Shown piece after piece: positions 31,386-41,124 of a DNA stretch of 64,000 nt (within the stretch, counting starts at the first letter, position 1; each line of letters starts with the position of its first letter). This DNA is from Alphaproteobacteria bacterium (GTDB taxonomy: Bacteria > Pseudomonadota > Alphaproteobacteria > SP197), in the NCBI GenBank assembly GCA_965228895.1, contig OZ245842.1, forward strand, positions 5,024,001 through 5,088,000. Reading direction: 5' to 3'. The position numbers were made by a program, and so were the translations under genes. The notes under the pieces were generated by a model. That model saw only the letters and a program-made list of their open reading frames with translations, searched no databases and had not been told where the DNA came from.

Positions 31386-32207
31386 GTGACCAAAGACTTC
31401 CACTTTCACCTGGTGTCCGATGCGACCGGCGAGACGATCCTCTCGGTTGCCCGCGCCGCCGTCGCCCAGTTCGAGGCGGTCGAAGCGCACGAGCATGTGT
31501 GGTCGCTGGTGCGTTCCGAACGTCAGCTTCAGCGTGTCCTCTCCGGTATCGAAGCCAATCCGGGTGTCGTCATCTATACGATGGTCGACCAGGCCAGGCG
31601 CGATCAGCTCTCCATGGGCTGCCAGCAGATCGGCGTACCGTGCGTTCCCGTCCTCGACCCGGTGCTCGGCGTGCTGTCGAGTTTTCTCGGTAAGCCGGTC
31701 AAGGGCACGCCAGGCGGCCAGCACGCGTTGGATGCCGAGTACTTTGCCCGTGTCGATGCCATGCACTTTGTCTTGCAGCATGACGACGGCCAGTCGCCTC
31801 ACGATCTGAACGAGGCCGACATCGTCGTGATCGGCGTGTCGCGCACGTCGAAAACGCCGACCTGTTTCTATCTCGCCAACCGCGGTTTGAAGGCGGCTAA
31901 CGTGCCGGTGGTGCCGGGCGTTGCCTTGCCGCGCGAGCTTGAACACCTGAAGCGCCCGCTCGTCGTCGGGCTGACCCAAAGCCCCGACCGACTGGTCCAG
32001 GTCAGGCGCAACCGCATGACCATGCTGAACCAGGACGGCAAGACCGATTACATCGATCCCAACATCGTGCGCGACGAAATTGCCCACGCAAGGCGGCTCT
32101 TCAAAAAACATGACTGGCCGGTGATCGACGTGACGCGGCGTTCGATCGAGGAAACCGCTGCCGCCATTCTGCAGCTCTATGACGAACGTATGGGCGTGAT
32201 GCCATGA
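31386..32207 (+). CDS. Pyruvate phosphate dikinase/PEP synthase regulatory kinase-pyrophosphorylase (DUF299)
   Basis: HLVSDATGET, HDDGQ, GVSRTSKTPT, SIEETAA; GTG start inferred. Confidence 0.95.
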   Translation: MTKDFHFHLVSDATGETILSVARAAVAQFEAVEAHEHVWSLVRSERQLQRVLSGIEANPGVVIYTMVDQARRDQLSMGCQQIGVPCVPVLDPVLGVLSSFLGKPVKGTPGGQHALDAEYFARVDAMHFVLQHDDGQSPHDLNEADIVVIGVSRTSKTPTCFYLANRGLKAANVPVVPGVALPRELEHLKRPLVVGLTQSPDRLVQVRRNRMTMLNQDGKTDYIDPNIVRDEIAHARRLFKKHDWPVIDVTRRSIEETAAAILQLYDERMGVMP

Positions 32208-32809
32208 GCGACGCGCCGGCACTGGTCCTGGCTTCCAAGAGTTTCGGACGGCGCGCCATGCTCGAGAATGCCGGCGTGCCATTTGTTGCCGATGTCGCGC
32301 AAGTCGACGAAGCGTCCGTCAAGGATTCGCTAAAGGCGGAGGATGCAACCGCCGAACAGGCGGCCGAAACTCTCGCCGAACTGAAGGCCAAGCGCGTGGC
32401 GCCGCGTCACAGCGGCGCTCTGGTGATCGGCGCGGACTCAATCCTGGATCTCGATGGAGAATGGTTCGACAAGCCCGACGACATTGCCGGCGCGCGAGAT
32501 CATCTGATGCGTCTGCGCGGCCGCCGCCACCGCATCGTGTCGGCCGCGGTGTTGGTGCGTGATGACGCGCGATTGTGGGCCGAGACCGACGCGGCGACAC
32601 TGGAAATGCGATCGTTCTCCGAGGCGTTTCTGGACGACTACCTCGCACGTGTCGGCGATCGCGCGACCCAGAGCGTCGGCGCCTATCAGATAGAGGGCCC
32701 GGGCGTGCAGCTCTTTTCGCGCATCCAAGGCGATCCCTTTACGATCATCGGCATGCCGCTTTTGCCGCTGCTCGAAATCCTGCGCCAGCACGCGGTGATC
32801 GTGCCGTGA
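32204..32809 (+). CDS. maf: Maf family nucleoside triphosphate pyrophosphatase
   Basis: LVLASKS..RR, IGADS, DKP, SVGAYQIEG, IIGMPL. Confidence 0.95.
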   Translation: MSDAPALVLASKSFGRRAMLENAGVPFVADVAQVDEASVKDSLKAEDATAEQAAETLAELKAKRVAPRHSGALVIGADSILDLDGEWFDKPDDIAGARDHLMRLRGRRHRIVSAAVLVRDDARLWAETDAATLEMRSFSEAFLDDYLARVGDRATQSVGAYQIEGPGVQLFSRIQGDPFTIIGMPLLPLLEILRQHAVIVP

Positions 32810-33645
32810 TCCCCAGCGGCGCAGCGCGGCTTGCCGGCGTCATGGGGTGGCCGGTCAGTCATTCACGTTCGCCGCGATTGCACGGTTTCTGGCTCGATAC
32901 CTATGGCATCGATGGCGCCTATGTGCCGCTCGCCGTGCCGCCCGACCGTTTCGAACAAGCCTTGCGCGCGCTGCCTGTGCTCGGCTTCCGCGGTGCCAAC
33001 GTCACCGTTCCGCACAAGGAGGCGGCGCTGGCGCTCGCCGATCATGCCGACGATCACGCGTGCCGCATCGGGGCCGCCAACACTATCGTTGTCGGCGACG
33101 ACGGCGTCCTCCATGCCAGCAACACCGATGGATACGGTTTTCTGGAACACTTGCGCGCAAGCGCCACAACCTGGGTGTCTGACGAACCGGTGCTGGTGCT
33201 GGGCGCCGGTGGTGCATCCCGCGCGGTCATCGTCGCCTTGCTCGACGCCGGCGTGCCGGAGGTCCGGCTTGCCAACCGCACGGCTGCGCGCGCGCAGGCC
33301 TTGGCTGCCGAGCTCGCTGGACCAATCACGGCGCTGCCCTGGGACGAGCGCGGCGACGCAGCGTCGGGATGTGGTTTGGTCGTCAACACGACAACACTCG
33401 GCATGACCGGACAACCGCCCCTCGACTTGTCGCTAGACGCCTTGGGCGAGGGCGCGGTCGTTTACGACCTCGTCTACGCGCCGTTGGATACCCCTCTGCT
33501 TTCGGGCGCGCGCCAAAGGGGTCTCGCCGCCGTCGATGGGCTCGGTATGCTGTTGCACCAGGCCCGTCCCGGCTTCGCCGCGTGGTTCGGCTGGGAGCCC
33601 GAGGTGACCGACGATCTCTATCGTTTCGTGGCCGAAGGGCTCTAG
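32806..33645 (+). CDS. aroE: Shikimate dehydrogenase
   Basis: HSRSP.LH, NVTVPHKE, NTDGYG, GAGGA, GLGMLLHQA. Confidence 0.97.
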   Translation: MIPSGAARLAGVMGWPVSHSRSPRLHGFWLDTYGIDGAYVPLAVPPDRFEQALRALPVLGFRGANVTVPHKEAALALADHADDHACRIGAANTIVVGDDGVLHASNTDGYGFLEHLRASATTWVSDEPVLVLGAGGASRAVIVALLDAGVPEVRLANRTAARAQALAAELAGPITALPWDERGDAASGCGLVVNTTTLGMTGQPPLDLSLDALGEGAVVYDLVYAPLDTPLLSGARQRGLAAVDGLGMLLHQARPGFAAWFGWEPEVTDDLYRFVAEGL

Positions 33646-33650
33646 GCGCC

Positions 33651-34277
33651 ATGTTTGTGCTTGGCCTGACCGGTTCGATCGGCATGGGCAAGACGACGGC
33701 TGCCGTGATGTTTCGCCGTGAAGGGGCCGCCGTGCACGACGCCGATGCGGTCGTGCATGGTTTGCTCGGGCCGCGCGGTGAGGCGGTCGCGCCGGTCGCG
33801 GCGGCCTTCGGCGGTGTTGTTGAGGGCGTGGGCCAAAGCGCCCATATCGACCGCAAGGCGCTGGGCGCTCAGGTCTTCGACGACGGCGACGCGCTGACCC
33901 GCCTGGAAAACATCCTGCATCCGATGGTGCGTGAGGCAGAGGACCGGTTCCTGCGTTTGATGACGCGCCAGGGCAGACGCCTGGTGGTGCTGGATATCCC
34001 GTTGTTGTTCGAAACCGGCGCCGAGGTTCGGTGCGACGCCACGGCGGTGGTCAGTGCGCCCGCCTTCGTTCAGGAGGCACGCGTCCTGTCGCGGCCGGGC
34101 ATGACGCCGGAACGCCTGGCCAGCATCCGTGCGCGTCAGATGCCGGATGCGGAGAAGCGGCGACGCGCCGACTTTGTGCTGCCGACCGGGCTGGGCAAAG
34201 CAACAACCTTGCGGGCTATCGGTGCAGTCGTCAGACTGGTATCGACCCGAGCCGGCCACACGTGGCCTCCCCGATAA
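33651..34277 (+). CDS. coaE: Dephospho-CoA kinase
   Basis: GLTGSIGMGKTT, DIPLLFE. Confidence 0.97.
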   Translation: MFVLGLTGSIGMGKTTAAVMFRREGAAVHDADAVVHGLLGPRGEAVAPVAAAFGGVVEGVGQSAHIDRKALGAQVFDDGDALTRLENILHPMVREAEDRFLRLMTRQGRRLVVLDIPLLFETGAEVRCDATAVVSAPAFVQEARVLSRPGMTPERLASIRARQMPDAEKRRRADFVLPTGLGKATTLRAIGAVVRLVSTRAGHTWPPR

Positions 34278-34287
34278 GGAGTTCGTC

Positions 34288-34974
34288 ATGCGCGAAGTGG
34301 TGCTGGACACCGAGACGACAGGCCTTGATGTCCTGGCCGGCCACCGCATTGTCGAGATCGGCTGTGTTGAGCTGGTCAACCACGTGCCGACCGGCCAGAC
34401 ATTCCAGCGCTACCTCAATCCCGACCGCGCCAACGAGCGCGAGGCGTTCGAGGTGCATGGCCTAAGCGACAACTTCCTGTCGCGCCAGATGCGGTTTCGC
34501 GAGATTGCCGATGATCTCATGGACTTTCTGACCGACAGCCCGTTGATCATCCATAACGCGGCCTTTGATCTGGGTTTCCTGAACTTCGAGTTGGAACAGG
34601 CCGGCCATCCGCGCATCAGCGGCGAACGTGTCGTCGACTCCCTTGAGCTGGCCCGGCGCACGTTCCCGGGCCAGGCGAACAGCTTGGACGCGCTGATGCG
34701 CCGCTTCGAAATCGATGCGACCGCGCGCACCCATCACGGCGCGCTCTTGGATGCCGAACTGCTGGCGAAGGTCTATCTGGAGCTAAAGGGTGGCCGCCAA
34801 CAGGGCCTGGGATTCGGCCCAGCGGTCGATGATCAGGCTGTCGCGGTCGAGGACGAGGCGGATACCGAGACGACCGTGCGCGACGCGCGCCCGCACGAGC
34901 CGACCGCCCAGGAACTCGCCGCACACGAAGCGTTTCTGGATAACCTTAACGACCCCATCTGGCGGCGCGGTTAG
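34288..34974 (+). CDS. dnaQ: DNA polymerase III epsilon subunit
   Basis: DTETTG, HNAAFD, HGALLDA, clamp motif QQGLGF. Confidence 0.98.
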   Translation: MREVVLDTETTGLDVLAGHRIVEIGCVELVNHVPTGQTFQRYLNPDRANEREAFEVHGLSDNFLSRQMRFREIADDLMDFLTDSPLIIHNAAFDLGFLNFELEQAGHPRISGERVVDSLELARRTFPGQANSLDALMRRFEIDATARTHHGALLDAELLAKVYLELKGGRQQGLGFGPAVDDQAVAVEDEADTETTVRDARPHEPTAQELAAHEAFLDNLNDPIWRRG

Positions 34975-34986
34975 CGCGCGACTCAA

Positions 34987-35508
34987 TCAACCGGCGCTAT
35001 CGCCGCCGTTCGCACCGGCGGCAGCCTGCTCGGCAACGCGGCGCCGGTAAATGTTGGCGAAATCGACCGGCTCCAGCATAAGCGGCGGAAATCCACCATC
35101 GCGGGCCGCATCCGCCACGATCCGGCGCGCAAACGGAAAAATTGTGCGCGGGCCTTCGATCATAAGAATGGCTTGTGCGACATTCGGTTCGGCACCGGTC
35201 AACGAGAACACGCCGCGATAGTCGACCTCGACAAGAAAACAAGGCTCGTCGTTCTGTTTTGCGTCGGCGGTAATCTTTAGGGCGACCTCATAGGTCGTCT
35301 CGCCGAGCTTGCGGGAATCAACGTTCAGGTTGACCTGAACCTGGGGCGCCAGTTCACCCTGGGTGAAGGCTTTCGCGCCGTTCGGGTTCTCGAACGAGAG
35401 ATCCTGCAGGAACTGGCTGTGCAGCAACAGTCGCGGACTTTCCGTCGGCTGCTGGTCGCCGGAGGAGGCGGCGCCTTCCGGTGCTGCGGCGTTTTCGTCG
35501 GCCATCAA
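34987..35508 (-). CDS. secB: Protein-export chaperone SecB
   Basis: QDLSFENP, FPFARR, GGFPPLMLEPVDF. Confidence 0.96.
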   Translation of the reverse strand: MMADENAAAPEGAASSGDQQPTESPRLLLHSQFLQDLSFENPNGAKAFTQGELAPQVQVNLNVDSRKLGETTYEVALKITADAKQNDEPCFLVEVDYRGVFSLTGAEPNVAQAILMIEGPRTIFPFARRIVADAARDGGFPPLMLEPVDFANIYRRRVAEQAAAGANGGDSAG

Positions 35509-35653
35509 TGCGGCTCCATCTTTAGAAAGAGACAGGGAGTGGTTGTGTGCTGAATTGTGGCGGCAGGGCTATCACGGATCGCCGGTGCAAACAACCGGAC
35601 TACCACCACGCTGTTCAGACAGCAACCTGTTGAAATAGAAGGATTAAATCACC

Positions 35654-36124
35654 CTAGCGACGCCAGCGTGAATCCGGGTTGTGTTCAATCGTACCCTGGA
35701 TGTCGTCGACGACCTCGTATTCACCTTCAATCGTGCCATCGCGCGTGCGGCCCGCAGCCATGCCAGCGACTTCGACATGACGCGCCAGGCGTGCCTGCAA
35801 GAACCGACGAAGCGGCGGCACCAGCAGGAGGAATCCGACCACGTCGGTAAAAAATCCGGGCGTCATTAACAAAAATCCGGCAACGACGAGGCAGACACCG
35901 TCAAACGCCTCTTCGGCCGGAAACCGGTTCTCGCCCAGCGCATTGCGCGCGCGGTTAACCGTCGCCATGCCCTGAAGCCGGACCAGCCAAGCGCCCAGGC
36001 CGGCCGTCACAAGACAAAGCGCAATCGTCCAGCCTGCGCCAATGGCGCCGCCGACCAGGATAAAAAGATAGACCTCGATCAGGGGAATGCCGAGGAACAG
36101 GACAAAAAGGATTAATAGGGGCAT
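35654..36124 (-). CDS. fxsA: FxsA family membrane protein
   Basis: IPLIEVY, LMTPGFFTD, IEGEY. Confidence 0.93.
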   Translation of the reverse strand: MPLLILFVLFLGIPLIEVYLFILVGGAIGAGWTIALCLVTAGLGAWLVRLQGMATVNRARNALGENRFPAEEAFDGVCLVVAGFLLMTPGFFTDVVGFLLLVPPLRRFLQARLARHVEVAGMAAGRTRDGTIEGEYEVVDDIQGTIEHNPDSRWRR

Positions 36125-36297
36125 GGTTGCGTCACGTTGGTGGGATCTCCATGTTACATGGTATGCTGTACGCTCCGGCGAAAGGCCTAGCGTGGGCTGC
36201 CTTCGACTCGACCCGGTGGGCCGAAGCCTTTAGTCTCTGAAGGCGGACGGCAGCCATGGTCCGCCAAGAGACCAAGATGGACACGGAATAGAAAGCC

Positions 36298-36969
36298 TTG
36301 GAAGGCACATTCATCGATATCATCGTCTTCGCGGCGATCGCGGGCTTCGTCCTGTTCCGGCTCTACAATGTGCTGGGCCGGCGCACGGGACACGAACGCA
36401 CGCAGCCGCCGCCGATTGCGTCGGATAGCGCGAAAGACAAGAACGATAAGGACAATGTCGTTCGCCTGCCCGATCGTGACGATCCTGCCATGCCGTCCGC
36501 TATCGACATGGACGGCCCGCTCGCGGCCGGTATCACGCAGATCCGTATGGCCGACCGCGACTTCGATATGGACCATTTCCTGGCCGGTGCGCGATCGGCC
36601 TTTGAAATGATCCTGGAGTCCTTCGCCAAAGGTGATCTTTCACCCGTGCGCGGATTCCTGGCCGACGATGTCTATCGCCGTTTTGCCGCCGCGCTCGACG
36701 GTCATGGCAAGGATGGCCAGACGCGCGAGGCCGACCTGATTTCGATCACCGGCTGCGAAGCGATCGAGGCCGGCGTCGAGGATCGTTTTGCGAAGGTGAC
36801 GGTCAAGTTCACCAGCGAACAAACTGACGTCGTCAAGGACTCGGAAGGCCGCATCATCGCGGGCGATCCCAGCGAGACGCTGGAGATCGTCGACATCTGG
36901 ACCTTTGCGCGCGACACCGATACGCGCGATCCCAACTGGCAACTTGTCGCGACCCGCAGCCCGAACTGA
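36298..36969 (+). CDS. Tim44/TimA family protein
   Basis: FRLYNVLGRRTGHE, FLAGARSAFEMI, DIWTFAR, PNWQLVAT. Confidence 0.93.
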   Translation: MEGTFIDIIVFAAIAGFVLFRLYNVLGRRTGHERTQPPPIASDSAKDKNDKDNVVRLPDRDDPAMPSAIDMDGPLAAGITQIRMADRDFDMDHFLAGARSAFEMILESFAKGDLSPVRGFLADDVYRRFAAALDGHGKDGQTREADLISITGCEAIEAGVEDRFAKVTVKFTSEQTDVVKDSEGRIIAGDPSETLEIVDIWTFARDTDTRDPNWQLVATRSPN

Positions 36970-36997
36970 GCCGCGGTCCGGAGCGGATCGTGATGAG

Positions 36998-38218
36998 GTG
37001 AGACCGTCAATCGATCCCACCAAAACAGGATCTGCTCTGGGTCGCGCGCTCGTCGGTATGGCGGCGGTGCTGCTTGTGGCGGCCTGCACGACGCGCGCGC
37101 CCGAGGAAGCCGTCGACGAAACACCCGTCATGACACTGCTTCCGGCTGGCTTCGCCGAGGTGCCGGGGTGGACAAACGACGATCAGGGCGGCGCGCTTAC
37201 GGCGTTTTTGATTTCCTGCGCTAGGCTGGAAACTTTGCCCAGCGACCGCTCCATGGGTGTGCTTCCGGCCGCCGGTGTCGTCGGCGACTGGCTGCCGGCA
37301 TGCCGTGCCGCGAAGAACGTTCCCGATGGTGGCGCGCGGCAATTCTTCGAGACCTGGTTTCGTCCGTGGGCGGTCGACGATCGCGGCGGCGACCAGGGTC
37401 TGATGACGGGCTATTACGAACCCCTGCTTCAGGGGTCGCTGGTGCGCGACGCGACCTACGCCTATCCGCTTTATGCCAAACCCGACGATATCATTACCGT
37501 CGATCTGGGTGCCTTTTCCGAGGATCTCGACGGTCGCAGCATCTCCGGCCAGCTCGACGGCGGGACGCTGATCCCCTATCACGACCGCGCGGCGATCGAC
37601 GACGGCGCGCTTGCCGCGCGCGACCTGGAGATCGTCTGGGTCGACGATCCCATCGCCGCGTTTTTCCTGCATATCCAGGGATCAGGTCGGGTCGCGCTAG
37701 ACGATGGCACGCAGTTGCGGGTTGGTTACGCCGGTCAGAACGGCCGGCCCTACTTCGCCATCGGTCGGGATCTCGTCGCGCGCGGCGAACTGACCAAGGA
37801 AGAGGTTTCGCTACAATCGATCCGCGACTGGCTCAAAGCCCATCCCGGCGAGGCGGCGACGGTCATGGAGAAGAACCCCTCCTATATCTTTTTCAGCGTC
37901 CTCGACGGGCCGGGCCCTCTGGGCGCCCAGGGTGTCCCGTTGACGCCGGAACGCAGCCTTGCGGTTGACCGCGAATACGTGCCGCTGGGTCTGCCGGTCT
38001 GGCTGGAGACGACGCTGCCCGATGACACGCCCTATCGACGCTTGATGATTGCGCAGGATACCGGCGGCGCCATCAACGGCCCGATCCGTGGCGACGTTTT
38101 CTTCGGCGCCGGTCAGCGGGCCGAGGATCTGGCCGGCCACATGAAACAAGACGGCCGCTTCTGGTTGTTGCTGCCGAGCTTGGTACCGTCCGGCGAGTTC
38201 GCCGCTGTCGTCCCATGA
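36998..38218 (+). CDS. mltA: Membrane-bound lytic murein transglycosylase A (start uncertain)
   Basis: Lipobox VAAC, TGYYEP, HIQGSG, NPSYIFF, AQDTGGAI. Confidence 0.95.
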   Translation: MRPSIDPTKTGSALGRALVGMAAVLLVAACTTRAPEEAVDETPVMTLLPAGFAEVPGWTNDDQGGALTAFLISCARLETLPSDRSMGVLPAAGVVGDWLPACRAAKNVPDGGARQFFETWFRPWAVDDRGGDQGLMTGYYEPLLQGSLVRDATYAYPLYAKPDDIITVDLGAFSEDLDGRSISGQLDGGTLIPYHDRAAIDDGALAARDLEIVWVDDPIAAFFLHIQGSGRVALDDGTQLRVGYAGQNGRPYFAIGRDLVARGELTKEEVSLQSIRDWLKAHPGEAATVMEKNPSYIFFSVLDGPGPLGAQGVPLTPERSLAVDREYVPLGLPVWLETTLPDDTPYRRLMIAQDTGGAINGPIRGDVFFGAGQRAEDLAGHMKQDGRFWLLLPSLVPSGEFAAVVP

Positions 38219-38225
38219 TCAGACC

Positions 38226-38993
38226 ATGACTGCGACGCCGGCGCCGCGTGTCGCACTCTTCGTCTCCTGTCTTGTCGACCTGATGCGCCCGACCGTCGGC
38301 TTTGCCGCGGTCAAGCTGCTGCAAGACGCCGGCTGTACCGTCGAGGTGCCGGAGCAGACGTGCTGTGGCCAGCCGGCCTACAATTCAGGTGACCGCGACA
38401 ACGCCCGGAAGGTCGCGCGCGGCCAGCTGCATCAATTTCAGGGCTACGACTACATCGTCGTGCCGTCCGGTTCATGCGCTGGCATGCTGGCCCATGACTT
38501 TGTCGATCTTTTCGACGGCAGCGATGACGCAGAGTTGGCAGCCGACATTGCCGGGCGCACCCATGAGCTGACATCGTTTCTGGTCGACACGATGGGCGTT
38601 GATGCCGTCACGGCATCCTATGACGGGATCGTCACCTATCACGACAGCTGCTCGTCACTGCGGGCGATGCAGGTGCGCGATCAGCCGCGCCGGCTGCTCG
38701 AAAGCGTTGCCGGGCTGACGCTGCGCGAGGCGAAGGATCACCAGGTTTGCTGTGGCTTTGGCGGCACATTTTGCGTCAAGTATCCGGCCATATCATCGGC
38801 CATGGCCGCCGATAAGGCGGACCGTCTGGCCGAGACCGGCGCCGATACGGTCCTGGCCGGTGACCTCGGCTGCCTGATGAACATCGCCGGCATCTTAAAA
38901 CGTCGGGAGTCACCGATACGCGTGCGTCACGTCGCCGAGGTGTTGGCCGGCATGATGGACAGCCCGGCGATCGGCGAAGGCAGGCAGGCCTGA
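38226..38993 (+). CDS. lutA: Lactate utilization protein A (CCG-domain Fe-S subunit)
   Basis: TCCGQPAYNSG, TYHDSC, CCGFGGTF, DLGCLMNI. Confidence 0.93.
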   Translation: MTATPAPRVALFVSCLVDLMRPTVGFAAVKLLQDAGCTVEVPEQTCCGQPAYNSGDRDNARKVARGQLHQFQGYDYIVVPSGSCAGMLAHDFVDLFDGSDDAELAADIAGRTHELTSFLVDTMGVDAVTASYDGIVTYHDSCSSLRAMQVRDQPRRLLESVAGLTLREAKDHQVCCGFGGTFCVKYPAISSAMAADKADRLAETGADTVLAGDLGCLMNIAGILKRRESPIRVRHVAEVLAGMMDSPAIGEGRQA

Positions 38994-40408
38994 TGGAACG
39001 CTCGGCGCGCGCCTTCAAGACCAACGCCCAGGAAGCACTGGCCGATGACGTGCTGCAAGACAACCTGGTTAAGCTGAAGGGCAATTTTTTGGTACGCCGC
39101 GAACGCGCCCGCGAAAGCCTGCCGGAATTCGACACGCTGCGCGACGAAGCCAAAGCGATCAAGGACCACACGCTCGCCCATCTCGATCTCTATCTCGAGG
39201 CGTTCGAGGCTGAGGTAACGGCAACCGGCGGCCAGGTCCATTGGGCGCGCGACGCGGCGGAGGCCCGCGCCATCGTGCTCGACATTTGCCGGGACGAAGG
39301 CGCCCGGACGGTCACCAAGGGTAAATCCATGATCGCCGAGGAGATCGACCTCAATCCGTTCCTGGAAGCCCATGGCATCGAACCGGTCGAGACGGATCTC
39401 GGCGAATACATCATTCAGTTGGCGAACGAGCCGCCCAGTCACATTATCGCGCCGGCGATCCACAAGAACCGCCAGCAGGTCGCCGCGCTGTTTGCCGACA
39501 ACCATCCGCATCTCAACGGTCGCCTGCTCGACGATATCGACGACATGCTGGCCGATGCGCGCAAGGTCCTGCGCGAGAGATTTCTGAATGCCGATGTCGG
39601 CATCACCGGCGCCAACTTCCTGGTCGCCGAAACCGGCCAGACGATCATCGTCACCAACGAGGGCAACGGCGATCTGACCCAGCTCTTGCCGCGCGTCCAT
39701 GTCGCGCTGGCCTCGATCGAAAAGGCGGTGCCGACCCTCGAGGACGTGACCACGATCCTGCGTGTGCTCGCCCGTTCGGCGACTGGTCAGGAGATGGCGT
39801 CCTATACGACGTTTTCCGCCGGCGGGCGGCGCGACGGCGAGATCGACGGGCCGGAGGCCTTTCATGTCGTGATCGTCGACAACGGTCGTTCCGCGATGTT
39901 GGGCAGCGAGGTCCAGGACATGCTGCGCTGCATCCGATGCGGCTGTTGCCTTAACGCCTGCCCGGTCTACGGCAAGCTGGGCGGTCACGTTTACGGCACG
40001 ACCTATTCCGGCCCGATGGGATCGGTCCTGTCGCCGTCGCTGTTCGGCATCGAGGCGATGCATCACCTGCCGAATGCATCGACCTTGTGCGGGCGGTGTG
40101 AAGATGTCTGCCCGATGCGTATCCCGATCCCGCGCATGTTGCGCTATTGGCGCGAGCAGGAAACTGCGCGGGGTATGGCGCCACCGGCGGCGCGCTGGGG
40201 CCTCAACCTGTGGAGTGCTTTTGCCAGCAGGCCCGCGCTCTACCGGCGTTTGATGCGTGTTGGCGTCGGACTACTCGGCCGGATGGGCCGCCGCCACGGC
40301 CGTTTCGCCAATCTGCCACTGGCCGGCGGCTGGACCCGGACGCGCGAGATGCCGGCGCCGGAAGGACGGACCTTTCAGGACCGGTGGCAGAAGGGCGAAC
40401 GGCCATGA
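38993..40408 (+). CDS. lutB: Lactate utilization protein B (Fe-S)
   Basis: ETDLGEYIIQL, PSHIIAPAIH, TNEGN, CIRCG..C...CP, C.RC..VCP. Confidence 0.95.
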   Translation: MERSARAFKTNAQEALADDVLQDNLVKLKGNFLVRRERARESLPEFDTLRDEAKAIKDHTLAHLDLYLEAFEAEVTATGGQVHWARDAAEARAIVLDICRDEGARTVTKGKSMIAEEIDLNPFLEAHGIEPVETDLGEYIIQLANEPPSHIIAPAIHKNRQQVAALFADNHPHLNGRLLDDIDDMLADARKVLRERFLNADVGITGANFLVAETGQTIIVTNEGNGDLTQLLPRVHVALASIEKAVPTLEDVTTILRVLARSATGQEMASYTTFSAGGRRDGEIDGPEAFHVVIVDNGRSAMLGSEVQDMLRCIRCGCCLNACPVYGKLGGHVYGTTYSGPMGSVLSPSLFGIEAMHHLPNASTLCGRCEDVCPMRIPIPRMLRYWREQETARGMAPPAARWGLNLWSAFASRPALYRRLMRVGVGLLGRMGRRHGRFANLPLAGGWTRTREMPAPEGRTFQDRWQKGERP

Positions 40409-41094
40409 GCGGCGCGCGGGAAGCGGTGTTGGGCCGGGTGCGCGAGCGTCTCGCACGCTCGCCTGACGACGACGACCAAGCCCGGCAAGAGGTCGCCGAC
40501 CGGCTGGGCGGCCACCGGCGCGGCACCCGGCCGGCGCGCATCGATCTCGATCCGGCTGGGCTGAAGGTCTTGTTTGTCGAGAAGGCCGAGGCCGTCGACG
40601 CCACCGTCGCCCTGGTTGATTATGCTCAGGACGTGCCAGAGGCGGTGGCGGGATATCTGCGCGACCACAACCTGCCGGCCAAGGCGGCCATCGCACCCCA
40701 TGCGGCGCTCGACGCCATGCCCTGGCAGGGATCGTCGTTGACGCTGGCGCGCCGGGCGGCCGAGGGAGACGATTCGGTCGGCATCGCCCACGCGTTCGCC
40801 GGCATCGCCGAGACCGGCACTTTGATGATGGCGTCAGGCCCGGACTCGCCGGCAACCCTCAACTTCCTACCGCCCACCAATATCGTCGTCTTGAACGAGG
40901 CGGACCTCGTCGGCGGCTATGAGGACGCCTGGCAGCGGCTGCGCGATGCCGGGAGGGGCCGGGGCAAGGACCTGCCGCGCACGGTCAACCTGATTACCGG
41001 CACCAGCCGCACCGGCGATATCGAACAGACCATCCAAAAAGGCGTCCACGGTCCAAAACGCCTCCATATCGTCGTGGTGCGCGACAGTTCTTGA
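40405..41094 (+). CDS. lutC: Lactate utilization protein C (LUD domain)
   Basis: IAETGT, ITGTSRTGDIEQ, GVHGP. Confidence 0.93.
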   Translation: MSGAREAVLGRVRERLARSPDDDDQARQEVADRLGGHRRGTRPARIDLDPAGLKVLFVEKAEAVDATVALVDYAQDVPEAVAGYLRDHNLPAKAAIAPHAALDAMPWQGSSLTLARRAAEGDDSVGIAHAFAGIAETGTLMMASGPDSPATLNFLPPTNIVVLNEADLVGGYEDAWQRLRDAGRGRGKDLPRTVNLITGTSRTGDIEQTIQKGVHGPKRLHIVVVRDSS

Positions 41095-41124
41095 CCGGCG
41101 GTCGCGTTGGGTCACCATGGGCCC